Assembly (NCBI GenBank): GCA_030704615.1 | Contig: CM060733.1 | Coordinates: forward strand, 8,680,001-8,744,000 | DNA from: Takakia lepidozioides | Taxonomy: Eukaryota; Plantae; Bryophyta | Direction: 5' to 3' | Length of the DNA: 64,000 nt | Shown here: positions 23,012 through 36,609 of the stretch, piece by piece | Layout: every line of letters begins with the position of its first letter | Numbering within the stretch: position 1 is the first letter of the stretch | Program-made: the position numbers and the translations under genes | Notes under the pieces: model-generated | What the model saw: the letters and a program-made list of their open reading frames with translations, nothing else | Databases searched by the model: none | Told to the model about the DNA's origin: nothing

Positions 23012-24434
23012 CTTGTAATTAGTTCACCAATTGGCAATCTCCACTGAAGGTAAAGCCCTGTAATAAAACCCAACTGCTACAAGAAATGTGAAACATAACC
23101 ATTCCAGCACTAGTTTTCATAAATAGGTGTCTCTGCACCAAGAGAGGAAGCCATAAGCCCCTACCTCTATGGATGGAGCAGATGCACACCCAAGACTTTT
23201 CCAGCCATAGCCTTGGGGCAGAGGCCCTATGCCAGGTCTGAGATGGAGAAAAGAAGTGAAGGGGGAGGAAGATGGGGGTCGGGAGGGCAGAATGACAACT
23301 GCAGTTACTAGTAGTGGAGCTTTTGAACAAAGAGGCATCTCTTTCAGCATCATAACCATCACACTGCATCAGAAATGTCTCTATCCTATCCTCGCTGTTA
23401 ATAACCACCATCATACAGGTAAAATTTTCCCTTTCCAGCTCTTTGTTTGAATGGTGGATGATCGGACGGCAAACAAGCAAGCAAGAACTGAAAACTGACC
23501 AAAGAAACTCCAAAATGGTTATAGGAGAAGCACATAAAGAGGTGACTCATTGGCCATTTGTCGTCAAAATTGGCTGTGAAATAGCTGAAGGGTCAGGGTG
23601 TATGACTGCACATAGCCCATACCAGTCTGGCAACAAGGCAGTGAGTACTACATCTATATACACATCTCGAAAAGGGTATAGAAGAAAGAAGAATTGTTTT
23701 CATTATATCCATAAGAAGCAGGAGGGAGACAACAGTACTTGTTACGCTATGCTTGCTGGAATCATATGGTCACAAATCCCAACCCAGGAAGTGAATACAA
23801 ACTTATCCACCCATGAAGGTTGGCTTGAGACTTTAGGGTTCAATGAATACTCTAAACCCTCCCCAAGCCAATAAAGAATTCACCCAGAGTGGATGAGGAA
23901 CTGGGCATACGAGTTGAGATCAGTGAGTTGGTTGTGACATCAAACTGGAAAGCATTCTGTTGAATCATCTTGATAGAACCCTGTCTGACATGTATTGTTA
24001 ACCCTTGAGGCATACTCCCTGTTGAGAGTGGCCCTGAGCCAGGTGCCGGAGTTCAATCAACGGAACTCAACCCAAGCTTGCACCATAGCACTCAAACAGG
24101 CTGTCGAATTGACCCTACCAGAACATATGAGATTGATATTCCACCATGTATGTGCCAGCCCTCTAGCAAGTAAAAAGGTGACAAATGAGAGAGAGAACAC
24201 ACAAACTTTCAGAGATGCTCCAATGGACCTGAAACTTAGAGAGCAAGATGACCAAACATCCCCTAAACCTGTACAAAAGATCCAGTTCCAAAAGATAAGC
24301 CTTACAACTATGTTCAAGTTCTCAGCAGCTGATGATGTATGAGGAGATCACCTAGGGCCAGCTGACATGTAGCAATACATAGAGAATTTCTATATACAAT
24401 GGGTTCATGATACCATTTAGACCTGCAGAGGGAC

Positions 24435-25966
24435 CTAGTGCTTTTCATCCCTTCTCTCATCCCTTCTCTTGTCCCTCTTGGAAGAAGTGAAAAGCCAGTA
24501 TGCCAAAGTAATTCCTCCAAGGATTCCAGCATACATGGCATAATTATGTTCCCTGCCTTTGGGTTTGAACTTGACACCGGTTTTTCCTTCAGGCTCTTTT
24601 GCTTCAAGTATTGCCCTAGCCTCCTCTTCAGAATATCCCTGCACAGTAGTTCAAACTTATAATGACAAGAAGTGCTCTAGGAACAATTATGATGTATCCG
24701 TTCCCTTCCAGGACTAACCACAGTGCAGCAGGTGATGTATGTGAAGTTGTTTATTGAGGACAAAAGAGATCACCTGGTTGCTTGTTACATATACAACAAC
24801 TAACATGGACACTCTAAGTTTCTTTTAGCAGTTATTGAACATTTAAGCCAAACAACTAGTTGTCTCCAAACACAGACACAAAAAATCCATTGCCCATACC
24901 TTCCGAGCAAGCTTCTCCAGCTTCTCCCTCTCCATATTCTGCTCCAGAACACTTCTTACAAATTGTTAACAAAGCATTTCAATAGCACACATTTGACATC
25001 CATTTCTGTCTGCTTGCCCACATTTGTAACATGGCTATTATGAGTTGATGGTCTGTGAGAGAGAGGGCACAACAGTAACACATCTTGTGTAGTCAATGAC
25101 AACAGCTGTTTGCTATGATCACTAGCATGATGGCACAACCCATCAAATCAAGTATGTGGGAAAAAAAATTCTTTTTATCTAGGTTCACCTGGCCAAATGA
25201 TTCTACTTTGAACAAAACAATTATTCTCAAGGGTCAATTCCCATGATCAAGCCTATCAAGTTTTAACATCTCCAAGGGCCACTTCAAAAGCTGTTCTGAC
25301 GGGAATCGACAAGAGATCTTCCGAGTGGCAATTAAGATTGCAAAAAGTCACGAGTACTTGAAGGCACAGTATGACGGAATAGCAAAGGGGGGCACAGCTG
25401 CAACTGAATTTCTTCCCTCACAAAACTCAAAGGCACTACTGCTCATGTCCACACGAGTTAGCTGCCAAGAGAGTCAGATCCACATGTATCACCAATCTAC
25501 GCAGTACCCTGCTTTCCGCTCATTCAATATTTGAAAAACTTTTATGTGTTCTCTTCGGATCGTAACATACAGATCTCTCTCGTACTCTCCATTTTTCAAT
25601 TTCGTCGGGGAGAGAAATGAACGTGTGATCAACGTTTATCCACAGAAGCGCCGAAAAACCCAGGATAGCGTTCCACCAGGCGGGGCGTATTACTCTCCCC
25701 CTATCTCCCTTCCGTCCTCGGAATCATCACGACACGTCTTAAACATAATTTTCATGTTACCTCAACAGCATTCTGTGCGCATTCTAGCCGACTGGCCTGC
25801 ATTTGTAGCATGGCGAGAGGGAAAGGAGAAGACAATTAACCTTGATGTACACATTCTCAGCGGCCTTCTCCTCCTCGCTCAGCACCCGGCCACCGCCATT
25901 CGCTCTGCGCGCGATTAGCTGCGCTCTGGGAGTCACCAGCCTCCGAGCGGCCATTCGCATCGCCAT
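24435..25966 (-). CDS. Small mitochondrial protein, At2g27730-like (plant complex I P2 / ATPase-inhibitor-like family), 122 aa; exons 25966-25841, 24938-24900, 24638-24435
   Basis: Spliced product MAMRMAARRL...GRVLSEEEKAAENVYIK/NMEREKLEKLARK/GYSEEE...HNYAMYAGILGGITLAYWLF. All introns GT-AG and phase 0. Arg-rich presequence and a C-terminal TM helix. Confidence 0.88.
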
Positions 25967-28200
25967 TTCGTGCAATCGGGCACAGAAAACCCTAGCTAGA
26001 TTCACAGACAGAATCCAATCCGCCTCTGTCAATCACAAACTGGAGAAGATGTTGCCTGCAATTGCAAAACGCTGTCAAACGCTCACAGTCTGGAGCCATG
26101 CGCAGAGAGAAGCACGCGCACACGTGCGTTATCGGCAACCCATGCCCGCCAAGTGGAATGCCAAAGCCAGGTGCCAACTTGTATTTGAAATCTACTTCAG
26201 TATGTCAGGAGTTTCCTCTTTGAACGATCGTTTTGGTTTGCGAGGAGTCTCTCTCTCTCCAGCTCGGGGGTGAGGGTGACCAGATCTGACTAGCTTTTAT
26301 TCAGCTGAACACTTAAACTACGAATTGGTCATGCAATCACATGCTGAAGGCATGAACTTCGGTACAAATTTGGTGCTGCAAGGGTGGAACTGGGATCTGT
26401 TCATTGACTGGCGTGTGCTGAGCTTCAACATGAAATCTGGGATTTTTGCAGTTGAAACAAAGCATGGCGTGCAATAGTAATTTTCACTAATCCAGTGCTT
26501 GAACGATAACTACTCCTGTAGATCACGTGTTGCCATTAGAGAAGAGGCTTGCTGTTGGCAGCCTTGAGGAGTTTGTCTACATATTACTAAATATCATCTA
26601 CAGCCAGTGAGGTGAATTGTCACCACAACATTACACAAGGGGAACCACGGAAGGCATTCGGGCAGCCTGGAGATGTAGTGGCTCAGTCCAAAGAAACCCC
26701 TTGTGGCTGAGGACATCGTTATTATGGAAGGAACACACGGGTCCATCGCCTCTAATTTGTATCTGTCTTGCTATTATTTGTACTCCGTGTTGTCGTCCTT
26801 CTGCTCACATCTAAGATTACCTGACTGAACATTTATAAGCTGTATGCGCAACTGCTGGCCTTTGAGAACTTTGCTGCATCTGTGCTTTGGAAAAGCTTTT
26901 GACTGGGTCTCAGAAGCTTGGTTGCTAAGATCAGTTTTTTGAAATCTCTCCTCTCTCTTCCTTTACGTGGGAATATTTCTGTCCATCTTTCTTTGTACCC
27001 CTGCTAGGTCCAAATGAATAAGTGTGTATGAAGCGCCATGTGCTACTACTCGCCTTTGAGATCTTTGTAGTAGGAGGTTGCTTTAAAACAACTATCGTCT
27101 GGGTCTTAGAAACTGGGTCGATGCTTAGGTCAGTACTCTGAAATATTTCTCTCTTATCCCCTGCGGAAATTCTGTCTTCTTTCCTTTCATTTCTCCCCTC
27201 CCTCACGATCCAGTGGAGAAACAATTTACAATGCAGATGGGCCTGAATCCAGTGAGAAATCGGCTATTGAGGCAGCAATGTGCCAGAGCTGACACTAGTC
27301 TGGCAAGGCCTGCCTGGCACTGCGAAGTCATGCGCTCTGTTGGACCTCGAGGTGGCGAAGGTCATGTCATTGGCTCTGATAATAGCTATACGTTTACATC
27401 ACCTATATCAGTTTCACCACCTTTCCTGGTCGTGTTCCCTCTACTTTCTTGTGGTCCTAGGCTTGGCTCATATTGGCTTTTGACTTGCTTTGGAGACTCT
27501 GTCTGTGTTTGTCCGTATTGATGTCTACATATCATTGAATGCTGTTTCATTTGACATTCTACAAACTGACAGCAGTCCTGCACGCTTGCCTTATGCTTCT
27601 GTTTCTCTCTCCATTCCAGGCCCCAAGGGTGTTCTTGGTGTACTATCGACTGAAAGCAGTCCGGCATACTTGCCTTCCGCATCGGTTTGTGAGCCACCAT
27701 CGTTTTCAGCGTGCCCATCGAATTGTCCTTACCTTTCTCTTTCCTCTGTACTTGCCTGTTGTTTCAGAAAATCTTTGCAGGGATGTGACTGCCCCCGGGT
27801 TCATACACATTTTTCTGCCGGACTGTCATAGTTGATAATCTGGTTGAAGGCTTGGATCAAGGGTCTGCATGTGGTGAAAGAGGAACTTCACTTGAGAGGC
27901 CACAGTTCATGAACCAGTCGCAACCCACCCGCTGATGTAAAAAGGATAGCTGCTATCTTTCAGAGGCAAGAGACCGGGCAAATCAACAAGAGCGAAAAAT
28001 GCATCAGAAGTTGCAGACAGGCAATCTGTTTGGTGGAGGAAGCCATAGACGTAGAGGCCCAGCTTGGTATTGTTGCAGATCTTGTTTACAACTTGAACCT
28101 CGCACACTCCTTTCCACGAAAGCTTTGTGGACCCTGTTCTTCTCAACTGGCAATTTCGCGTGCAATGAATCTTACAAAGTATTCCTTCTGTGCACTTGTG

Positions 28201-29346
28201 GTAGGGAATTCCAAAAAGGCCTTGATGTGAAATGCATCGCAATTCACTTGATCACCCCCTAAAAGTGCCCAATTCAATTGAATTGGGCAATTCAATTGAA
28301 CTAACCCTAATTTGCAATTCAATTGAATTGTCGGCACACGTTTCAATTGAATTGCCAATTTCAATTGAATTGCTGACTACAATTCAATTGAATTGTAATC
28401 TATAATTTTTAACTTATTTTTGTATATAATATATATGTATATATTTAAATTATACATATATACATACACAGGTATAAGCTAAAAATATATGTTTCCTGTC
28501 TATTCTTGCTGTCCGTCTGTCAATCCTTTGCCCGTGGTAAGGCTTGAGCCCAAGATAAGCCTAAGGGAGAGCGAGAGAGAGGGAGAGAAAGAGGGGAAGT
28601 CACGAAGCGCTTGTAAAAGCGGGATTGTCTCTCTTTGTGGATGTTGGTGCCAATATATGGCTATGTACATATACCAAACATGATACCAATGTAAGAGTAT
28701 CAACGTGTAAGAGTTTGATATATTAAACTTATATAGAACACACATCCCAACTTCAACATGATACCTTTGTAAGGGTATCCAAATTTTTGATAATTCTCAA
28801 GACGAACATATTTTTTGTTTTCTTTGTCCTGGGCCAGATACTAGTGTTAGGGGACTACATGGTGATGCAGGGGAAGCCTTTCATCAATTGTCAGGTTTGA
28901 TTTTGTCTGTTTTTTTCGGAGCCAGCCATGTTTCTTTTGCCAGTGAATCACAGGAAGCTGCTGATCTGTCTCAGTCTCTGGCTCTCCCTTTCTCGCTGAG
29001 GCTAAGGGTGGTTTCACAACTCCACAATTTCCTCAAGGGCACAAGAAAGAGGGCCAGCAAGAATAGACGGGCAACATGTATTTTTAGCTTATACTCTTAT
29101 ATGTGTATAAATATAATTTGAATATACATGTACATATATATTATATATTATATACAAAAATAAGTTAAAAATTATAGATTACAATTCAATTGAATTGTAG
29201 TCAGCAATTCAGCAATTCAATTGAATTGCAAATTAGGGTTAGTTCAATTGAATTGCCCTTGCAATTCAATTGAATTGCGCACTTTTAAGGGGTGATCAAG
29301 TGAATTGCGATGCATTTCACATCAAGGCCTTTTTGGAATTCCCTAC
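28201..29346. mobile_element. Non-autonomous foldback/MITE-like element with ~300-bp terminal inverted repeats
   Basis: 28201-~28514 is the reverse complement of ~29052-29346 (ends GTAGGGAATTCC...GGAATTCCCTAC). Both arms carry multiple copies of the palindrome CAATTCAATTGAATTG. TSD ambiguous (possibly TA). Confidence 0.9.
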
Positions 29347-29373
29347 ATGTGCATGTAGTTAGGATGTAAGGCC

Positions 29374-30635
29374 CTGGTTCTAACCAGTGTTGGGCGGTTC
29401 TTGCTTTTTTCAAGAACCTCCGGTTCCGGTTCTAGGGTAGGGTTTAAATTACGGTTCCGGTTTCCGGGTGGTTATTTGGGATGAAAAAAAGGCGGTTCCG
29501 GTTCCGTTCCGGTTCTTGAACATTAGGACAGTTCCGGTTCCGGTTATTTGCTGGAAAAAGTTGTCGGTTCAGGGTCCAGATTTATTATTAAAGAGAATTA
29601 AAAACCAATTTTCCTCTGGAAAGTTAATGTCCTATTGGTCAAAGAAATGTTAGTATGTTTTCCTACAAAATAGACATTTGCTGTGGCAATGGCTGGCGGG
29701 CCGGAGTCCCTGCCCGGTAACTGCGCGAACTGGAACCTACCCGCCTCCCTGTTCACGGTTCCGGTTAGTGGCGGTTCCTGACCCTACTAGGAACCGCCGG
29801 TTCCGGTTCCATCAAAGCCACACTCTGGGCCCGGTTCCGGTCCCGGGTCTCCCAACTGGTTCCGGTTCCGGTTAGGTTCTTATTAACCGGAACCTGACCC
29901 GCCGGTTAACCAGGGTCAGTCCGGTTAATATGACAATTTGGGCATATTGAAGGGTCCGGGTAAGGCATCTTTGTTTAAATTGGTATGGAGGTGGTTATAT
30001 ATAATGTAGGGGTTTGGAAATTGTGGCGAATAGAGGTTATCAATAGAAGTGTTCCCCAAAAAAAGTTCTCATGTTATCAATATGCCATTATCCAAGTGGA
30101 ACACCACCGGGTCCCATACAACGGTTATCAATATAACCTGATTTTCAGTTATGATACATTAAGATTTTAAGAGGACTAGAAAGAAAGAAAAAAACAAACA
30201 AAATGAAATATGAAAAATCACAATTAAGAGGACAAAAATTGGATCAGAAAAGGGAAAAAAAAAAAAAGAAAAAAAGAAAAAAGAGATAGGAGTCCTACAA
30301 CTCTATACCTCGGTTTTTCTTCCAAAAGCCTTTGACTAACAGTCCTCTTAAATGCGGACCCCATGGGGCTACATAATTATTACCCATGAATGCAGCCAGG
30401 TTCTAATAAAATCTCAAGGTATTGTTCAAAGTTACTACCCGTCTGATTTTCAAGGTTGATTTTCAAGGTTCAAGTCCGGTTCCAGCTTGGGCCGGGTAAG
30501 TGGCAGGTGGCCCTTGCCGGTTCTAACTCAAGCCGGGTCCACCAAAAATTTGGGTGGCAGGTCTCAATAGTATGATACCCTGATTATTGCCCGACTGGGT
30601 ATATATGTCAACATATATACCCTGGTTAGAACCAG
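29374..30635. mobile_element. Non-autonomous TIR DNA element with CCGGTT subterminal repeats
   Basis: Perfect 14-bp inverted pair CTGGTTCTAACCAG (29374-29387) and CTGGTTAGAACCAG (30622-30635). Dense TTCCGG/CCGGTT motifs at 29395-29930 and 30470-30540. No TSD found. Confidence 0.6.
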
Positions 30636-30753
30636 TGTTTTTTTTAATTATATTAATTATTTTTAAGAGAAAAGAATTTTTGTTATTATATTGCCAGTTC
30701 ATTCATCTATCATCCATGGATCATCTATCCATTTTTTTTCCTCCTCTTCGTTC

Positions 30754-30906
30754 TTTTTTTTTTTTTTTATAAATTTAAAAGGGGGATGGAGACCCTTTAA
30801 ATCAAATTAGATATTTTATTATTATTATTTTTTAAAAGAAAGGGGACATAAGCCCTATTGATCAAATAGAAATGAGCTACACAGGGGTGGGAAAAATAAC
30901 CACCCA

Positions 30907-30946
<40 letters not shown>

Positions 30947-33900
30947 TGAGGCTTACTGAGGGGAAACATCCCCGGAACCATAGCGAACATGCTAAGAAAG
31001 GAGCAAGGAAACCCCAAGAGATGACATTGAGAAGGAAGGTTTGAGAGAGTGGTGAGGGGGGCCGAGAGAGATGCGGTAGGGGTGGGGGGATTAGAAGCAA
31101 GGATTCACTGATGGGGAGAAGACAAAGTCAGGAAAAAGCAATGTACTAAGTCTTTAAAAAGACTTGAAACCAGCAAGGGATGCGTGGGGATGGTGGAAGT
31201 CAATTTGAGGGTGATGCAACTCGGAACCATCGCAGAGACGACTGCAGATGCCAGACTACTAGAACTGTAGCTGCGCGTGGAATTTGGGGGCTCTAGCACG
31301 TTTATGGCGCCAGTTGCAATCTCCATCATCACCTTCACCAGGGGACTCCCATTGAGAGGGGATGGAATGTTGCCAAGTGAATTTAGAGTTCGAAAAACCG
31401 GTGCCGAGCATGCTGCTTTTGCCCCAGGTGTCATGGAAGTCTTGAAGCAATTTCCACCCTCGCTGCTCCGAAGTTCTGGAAACAGCTGCACAGACAGTTA
31501 ACCAAGTCTTCCATCCCTCAGTCAACAGATCTTGGTAAGTATTGAATAATACCGATCTGCCCCTTGGGGGTTTTCCATAAAACCCAAGCACATCTGTTTT
31601 CCATAAGTTTCACAAGGTAAGCGCTCTAAGAGCAGCCCAAACCGGGCAGATAGTTTGCACTTGACCCACGGTGAAATTCAGAAGCAACAGAGAAGGTGGG
31701 GGGGGGAGAGGGGAGACTATTCCACCGGGAGTAGAAACCAAGAACCAAGTGCCAGACTCTAACAGCCAGATTGCAAAACACCAGGCAATGTTCAATGGAT
31801 TCGGGAGAAGAACCACACAGAGAGCAGTTAGGGTTGTCTTCATGGGTGCGTTCTCTGACTGGAAGAATTCTATGCGCGATTTTCCATAGAAAACCAGATA
31901 GCCTGGCTGGTTGTCTTTCTCCAGATGTCTCTCCAGATTTGTCCCATCCTTGGGGTCTAGCAGCGGGATGCCCCATTTTGCTTTCCACTTGAATTCAAAC
32001 GAACGGGGGGGGGGGGGGGGGGGTTAGGAGGGAGTAGTTCCTTTTTCACGGAGTAGGCAAAGAAATGGGGTCTTTTCTTATCCATCCATCTCCACTCCCG
32101 GGATCGAATTGCAGGTCTACCAGTGGGCAGCTCAAAAACCAGGTGAGGTTTTCTTGTCTCGCCCATTGGGTCTCCATACCTTGCGGGGGCATCGGGTTTG
32201 GGTTGCCCAGATTATCCAGAACTCTGATGTGAAAGAGGTCAGCTTTATCTGCTTCCATTCTTCCTTGATACTGAAGAAGACCATCTCCATCTGCAGAAAA
32301 AACCAGACCTGTTGCTCTAACACCTTGGCAGGCTGTGACCAGCATGACCGGGGTCTGAATCTGCTGACTGGTGGCCATCCAAGTGGGTATTTTTATGACC
32401 AATACATCAGCGAGGAGAGGTTCCATGTACTGAGGCACATTTGCCAGAATGGTGTCCCAGGTTTTACCTCTTCTGTGCCCAAGGTGGCAACTTGCGCCCT
32501 GGATAAGAACTGATGATGACAACACATGTTTGATATGTGCGTGAATCCTGTCTGCTCCCAAAAAGCCCACTGCGGGGCCTGCGAAAGAAGAATGTCTGAA
32601 TCCATGTTATAATTAGCAAAAACAGGTTGTCTCAAACACTCCTGGTGAGTCAGAGGCATTCGCTGCGTGAGATTGCCTCTCATGCCATGCCAGGCCCTCC
32701 ATATGGACTGCCATGGTTTGGAACCCAAGGAAACAACTTTGTTTTTACCTTGAACAATCCATCCCAAGGATTGAGTCCTGAGGCTTGATGATGTGGGGAT
32801 CGACCCCATGAGGTAGGGTTGTAAGAGCTTGCTCCATGGAGTGTTTCTATGCTTGATGGCTCTTGGGACCCACTTTGCCAACAGTGCCTTAAACTGCGCT
32901 GAGGGGTCAATGATACCACGTCCATTTTTTCTTTTTTCTTTTGGCACAACTGGTCCCATGAGAGCAAAGCCCTTCTTGATGGGGCTGCAGAAGTAGCTCC
33001 CCATATGAAATTACAAATGAGCGCCTTAATTTCTTTGACCATGTCCTCATATGGGTCCCAAACTGCCGCAGAAAACCACATTGATGCCACCAAAACCTGG
33101 TTAGCAACTAAAGCTCTACCCACAATGGAGAGCATTGCAGCACTCCAGAACGCCAAGTTTTTTATGAGCCTAGCAAGCACATCCTTGAAGCGGTCATGAT
33201 TTGACATGTTCAGACCTATTTGATGGCCCAGCAGCTTGTGCGTTCGGCCCTCTTGCAGCCACCCAAGACCCATGTCTGCCCCCCATGGCTGACAATGGCT
33301 TGCCGTTGCCTCATTATGCAGCTTGGACAAAATGCCCATTGATTTTTTCCAATTGACCTTCAGCCCTGTAGCCAAGCAGAAGGTGTGGAGAATTTGAAGT
33401 GCCTTGTCAACGTTGGCCTTAGTGGAGTTGTCCAGCAATAGAGTAGTGTCATCTGCATACATCAAGAGTTTCAGCATCTCCGGGGCTAGTGTGGGCAAGT
33501 GAAGGCCAATGATGTCTTGCCTGTAGTGCAACATGTGACCCAACGAGTCCGCCGCTATGAGGAAGAGGAAGGGTGCCAGGGGGCAACCTTGCCGCACCGA
33601 TCTGGAAATGCGAAAGGGCTTCGATATAACCCCATTAACCATGACCTTGCTGGATGCTACGTGCAAGAGGATGTGGACCATGTCGGAAGGCCCCCCCCCA
33701 ACCCTGATTTCTCCATAGCCCCTTCCAGAAAGGTCCAATCAATGGAGTCAAAGGCCTTTTCAAAATCAAGCATTAAGAAGGCCAGCGGCTGGCTGTTTAT
33801 TTCTGCTCTGTGGAGGGCCTCGTGGGCCAGCAAGATGTTGTCTAAGATCATGCGATCTTTGAGAAAGCCGGTCTGCTCCTTCAATTCGGCAGGAGAGGCT

Positions 33901-35738
33901 GCAACCTCAAGGCCAGGGTCTTTGCGATAATCTTGTAAGTTGAGTTTAGCAAAGTGATTGGCCGGTAGTTGGCCATATCTTCTCTATCTTCTTTCTTAAA
34001 GACTAGAGTAATGAGACCTTCCGCCATCTGCGAGGGCATTATCTGTTTTACCAAAATATCATTAGCCATAAGGAGGAAGTCCTCCCCAATTGTATGCCAT
34101 AGTGCTTTAAAAAGTTCAATTGGGAGACCATCCAGTCCTAGCGACTTTTGTGATGCCAGAGAGTTGACCGCCTGCCCCAATTCATACACTGACAGGGGGG
34201 CTGCCAGGTTTGATTTGTCCAATTGAGAGATCGAGCAGGGGATGTGGTGCAACAAAGCCACAGTTGCATCTTGTTTCTGCTGTGAGGCATCTCGCCTTTG
34301 AAACAGAGCTTGAAAATATGAGGCTGCCACTTCTGCCATGATTTTTGGCTTATCTACCAAACATCCATCTGCATCTCGCAAAGCTTGGACCATTGTGGCA
34401 GCTCGCCGCTGCGCAGCCTCAACAAAGAAATATCTATTCATTTTTTCCCCTTTAAGGCTCCAATTGACTCCAGCTTTGACTCTGGAGAATTGCTCCTTGG
34501 CATGTAACAACGTGGAGAAATTCCTCTTGGCATCTTTGTAAGCAGTTATGGTGTGCGCTTCCTCCAAACCCGACTGCAGCTTGAACTGGCAGACTTACAA
34601 GCACTTAGTTAGAGCCTTTTGCCTTCTCGTATTGTCCTCTGCCTTTTCCCTTGCCATGACTTTACAAAGGTCTCTTAAAAGTTCCATCTTTGCCAAGAAT
34701 CTGGCGGTAGGAGAGACAAGCTATGTGGTTGCCGATTCCCAGGCATTCTGAAGGGTCTGTACGACGATGGGGTCCTGCAATATGCTTGGGTTTAGCTTGG
34801 AAAAACCCCTGCCTCTCACCCTGGACCCCGGGGTGCTGAGCATCAGTTGCACCATGGCATGGTCAAATTCCGGGAGGATAGGCTGCAGCGGGACACTGGT
34901 TGACCAAGACTTTAGAGTGAAGGAGCAATAAAATCTGTCCAACCGAGCTTGGCATAGGTGAGGGGGGTCCCTGTTGTTCGACCAAGTGAATTTCAATTCA
35001 CCCTGGCTTGGAGACGAAGCATCGAGCAGCCCCACTAGCAAGCACAAGGCATCCCAGGTGTTCTTTTATGTCATGGAGAGACCATTCACCAATCTCCCAA
35101 GCCTGTCTCTTTTTTCCTCCACCATATTGAAGTCGCCGCCTACCAGCCAGTGCTGGAGATGATGTCGCTGCTGCATGTTATATCTGATCTGGTTCAAGAG
35201 GTCTATCCTGTCTTCCTTCCCATTTGGAGCATAGATGTTTAGAAAACCCACTTCCCCCATTGATTGACCTATGTTCAAGTCAAGAAACTGCACTCTGCCT
35301 TAACCAAATCTCATGGGAGACAATGGATTGGTTTAAGGAGGGGGAAGCAAGGATGGTTGTGCCCCCTCTGGAATCCGAGATGGTGGGATTCCAGAAGGCT
35401 GTGACTGCTGGCCAAATGGAGGCACCAAGGGAATTAATTTTTTGTTGATTTAATTTATGTTCTTGCAGAAAGATAATATTGGAACCATGTAATAAAGTGG
35501 AGGCCCGGGCTCTGACCCTTACCCTTTTGGGGGCATAGTGGTCAGAGCCAAGACCTCACACATTCCAGGAGACAAGAGATTCATGTGGGTGTGATATCAG
35601 GCCCACGCTCTTTGCGTGACTTGATGGCCATTGTGGGAGGAAGAAATACTTTGAACGCTTGTCGGCTGGTGGCGGGGTAGAGAACCACTTAAACCCTTGT
35701 GGAGGATTGATCAAAACAGGGAGCTGACAGGTGAACAC
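30754..35738 (-). mobile_element. L1-clade LINE, ORF2 (APE endonuclease, RT, zinc finger) degraded; ORF1 not seen
   Basis: LVSWNV*GLG, IIFLQEHK, NIYAPN, GGDFN, ARLDRFY, YRPITLLNSTYK, LDFEKAFD, RQGCPLAP, YADD, FLWK...CSLC..ESIEHC. Poly-A tail (T-run 30754-30768). Confidence 0.93.
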
Positions 35739-35802
35739 AATCGTTGCATTTTTTTCGTTTGCAGTTGTTTTGAAAAGGTACGAAGTGGGTCCTCTGTCTC
35801 TA

Positions 35803-36165
35803 CACTAGTACAGATTATCGTTTTTATGACTGCAAATATCACTACATTTGGAGTGATATGTGCGAAGTGATGGTCGTCACTGCAGACATGGCACCTGCCA
35901 ACGACTCAGAGTGACGTGGGGTGTAGTGTTGTAGTCATAACTATATGACTACAAGGCCACGTGTCATGACTACACTTACGACTATGTCACTACAAATGAG
36001 CGCCAACATGGAGAGGTCTCTCCATGACACGCGTGACCCCCGGATGTATATGACTACACAACTGTACCTTATGACTAAATCACTACTCACTACATCGCTG
36101 AGGGTAGCATGTGGCATATTTCATGACTACAAATATGACTCCATCACTATAGGTTTGTATTGGTT
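35803..36165. mobile_element. Possible degenerate CACTA-type miniature element
   Basis: Starts CACTAGTACAGA at 35803; many T(G/C)ACTAC motifs; only a weak matching right end. Confidence 0.3.
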
Positions 36166-36609
36166 ATGGTAGGTCATCTAACACGTGTCCTTATTCGAAA
36201 ACCATTATTAATGCTATTTTATTTATTTATTTCATGTAAATTTTATTTATCGTTTTGATATTCAGATATGTTTCAATATACATATATTTAATTGAATGAA
36301 AGAATTTCACACAAATACACAAATTGTCTCTGGAATGTCGATCATACAACAAAAAACCAATGGGAAAAATGTTCCCATGGATGTCACAAAGGCTCTACAA
36401 TGAGCATTCAAGAAGCCTGAAAGGCCACATGGATAAATAACCAAGACTCAAAGGCTATAGTCCCAAAACCCAAGCCCACACAGGGGCAGAGTCCACTAGT
36501 ACTCCTACAATGGAAGAGCTCTATTTACAAATCACCACTGTGGCATATTTTCAACTACATTGCATCACATAGTCCCACCATTGACTGGGATCAGAAAAGT
36601 AATCATTCC

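Noticed and set aside
26300-28200. Possible spliced gene divergent from the At2g27730-like gene
   Set aside because: Splice-like signals exist, but the frames I tried hit stops and no family was recognised.
30906-30943. Poly-G tract giving a poly-Pro ORF (30855..31100)
   Set aside because: A homopolymer within the LINE 3' UTR; the ORF is incidental and the tract length unreliable.
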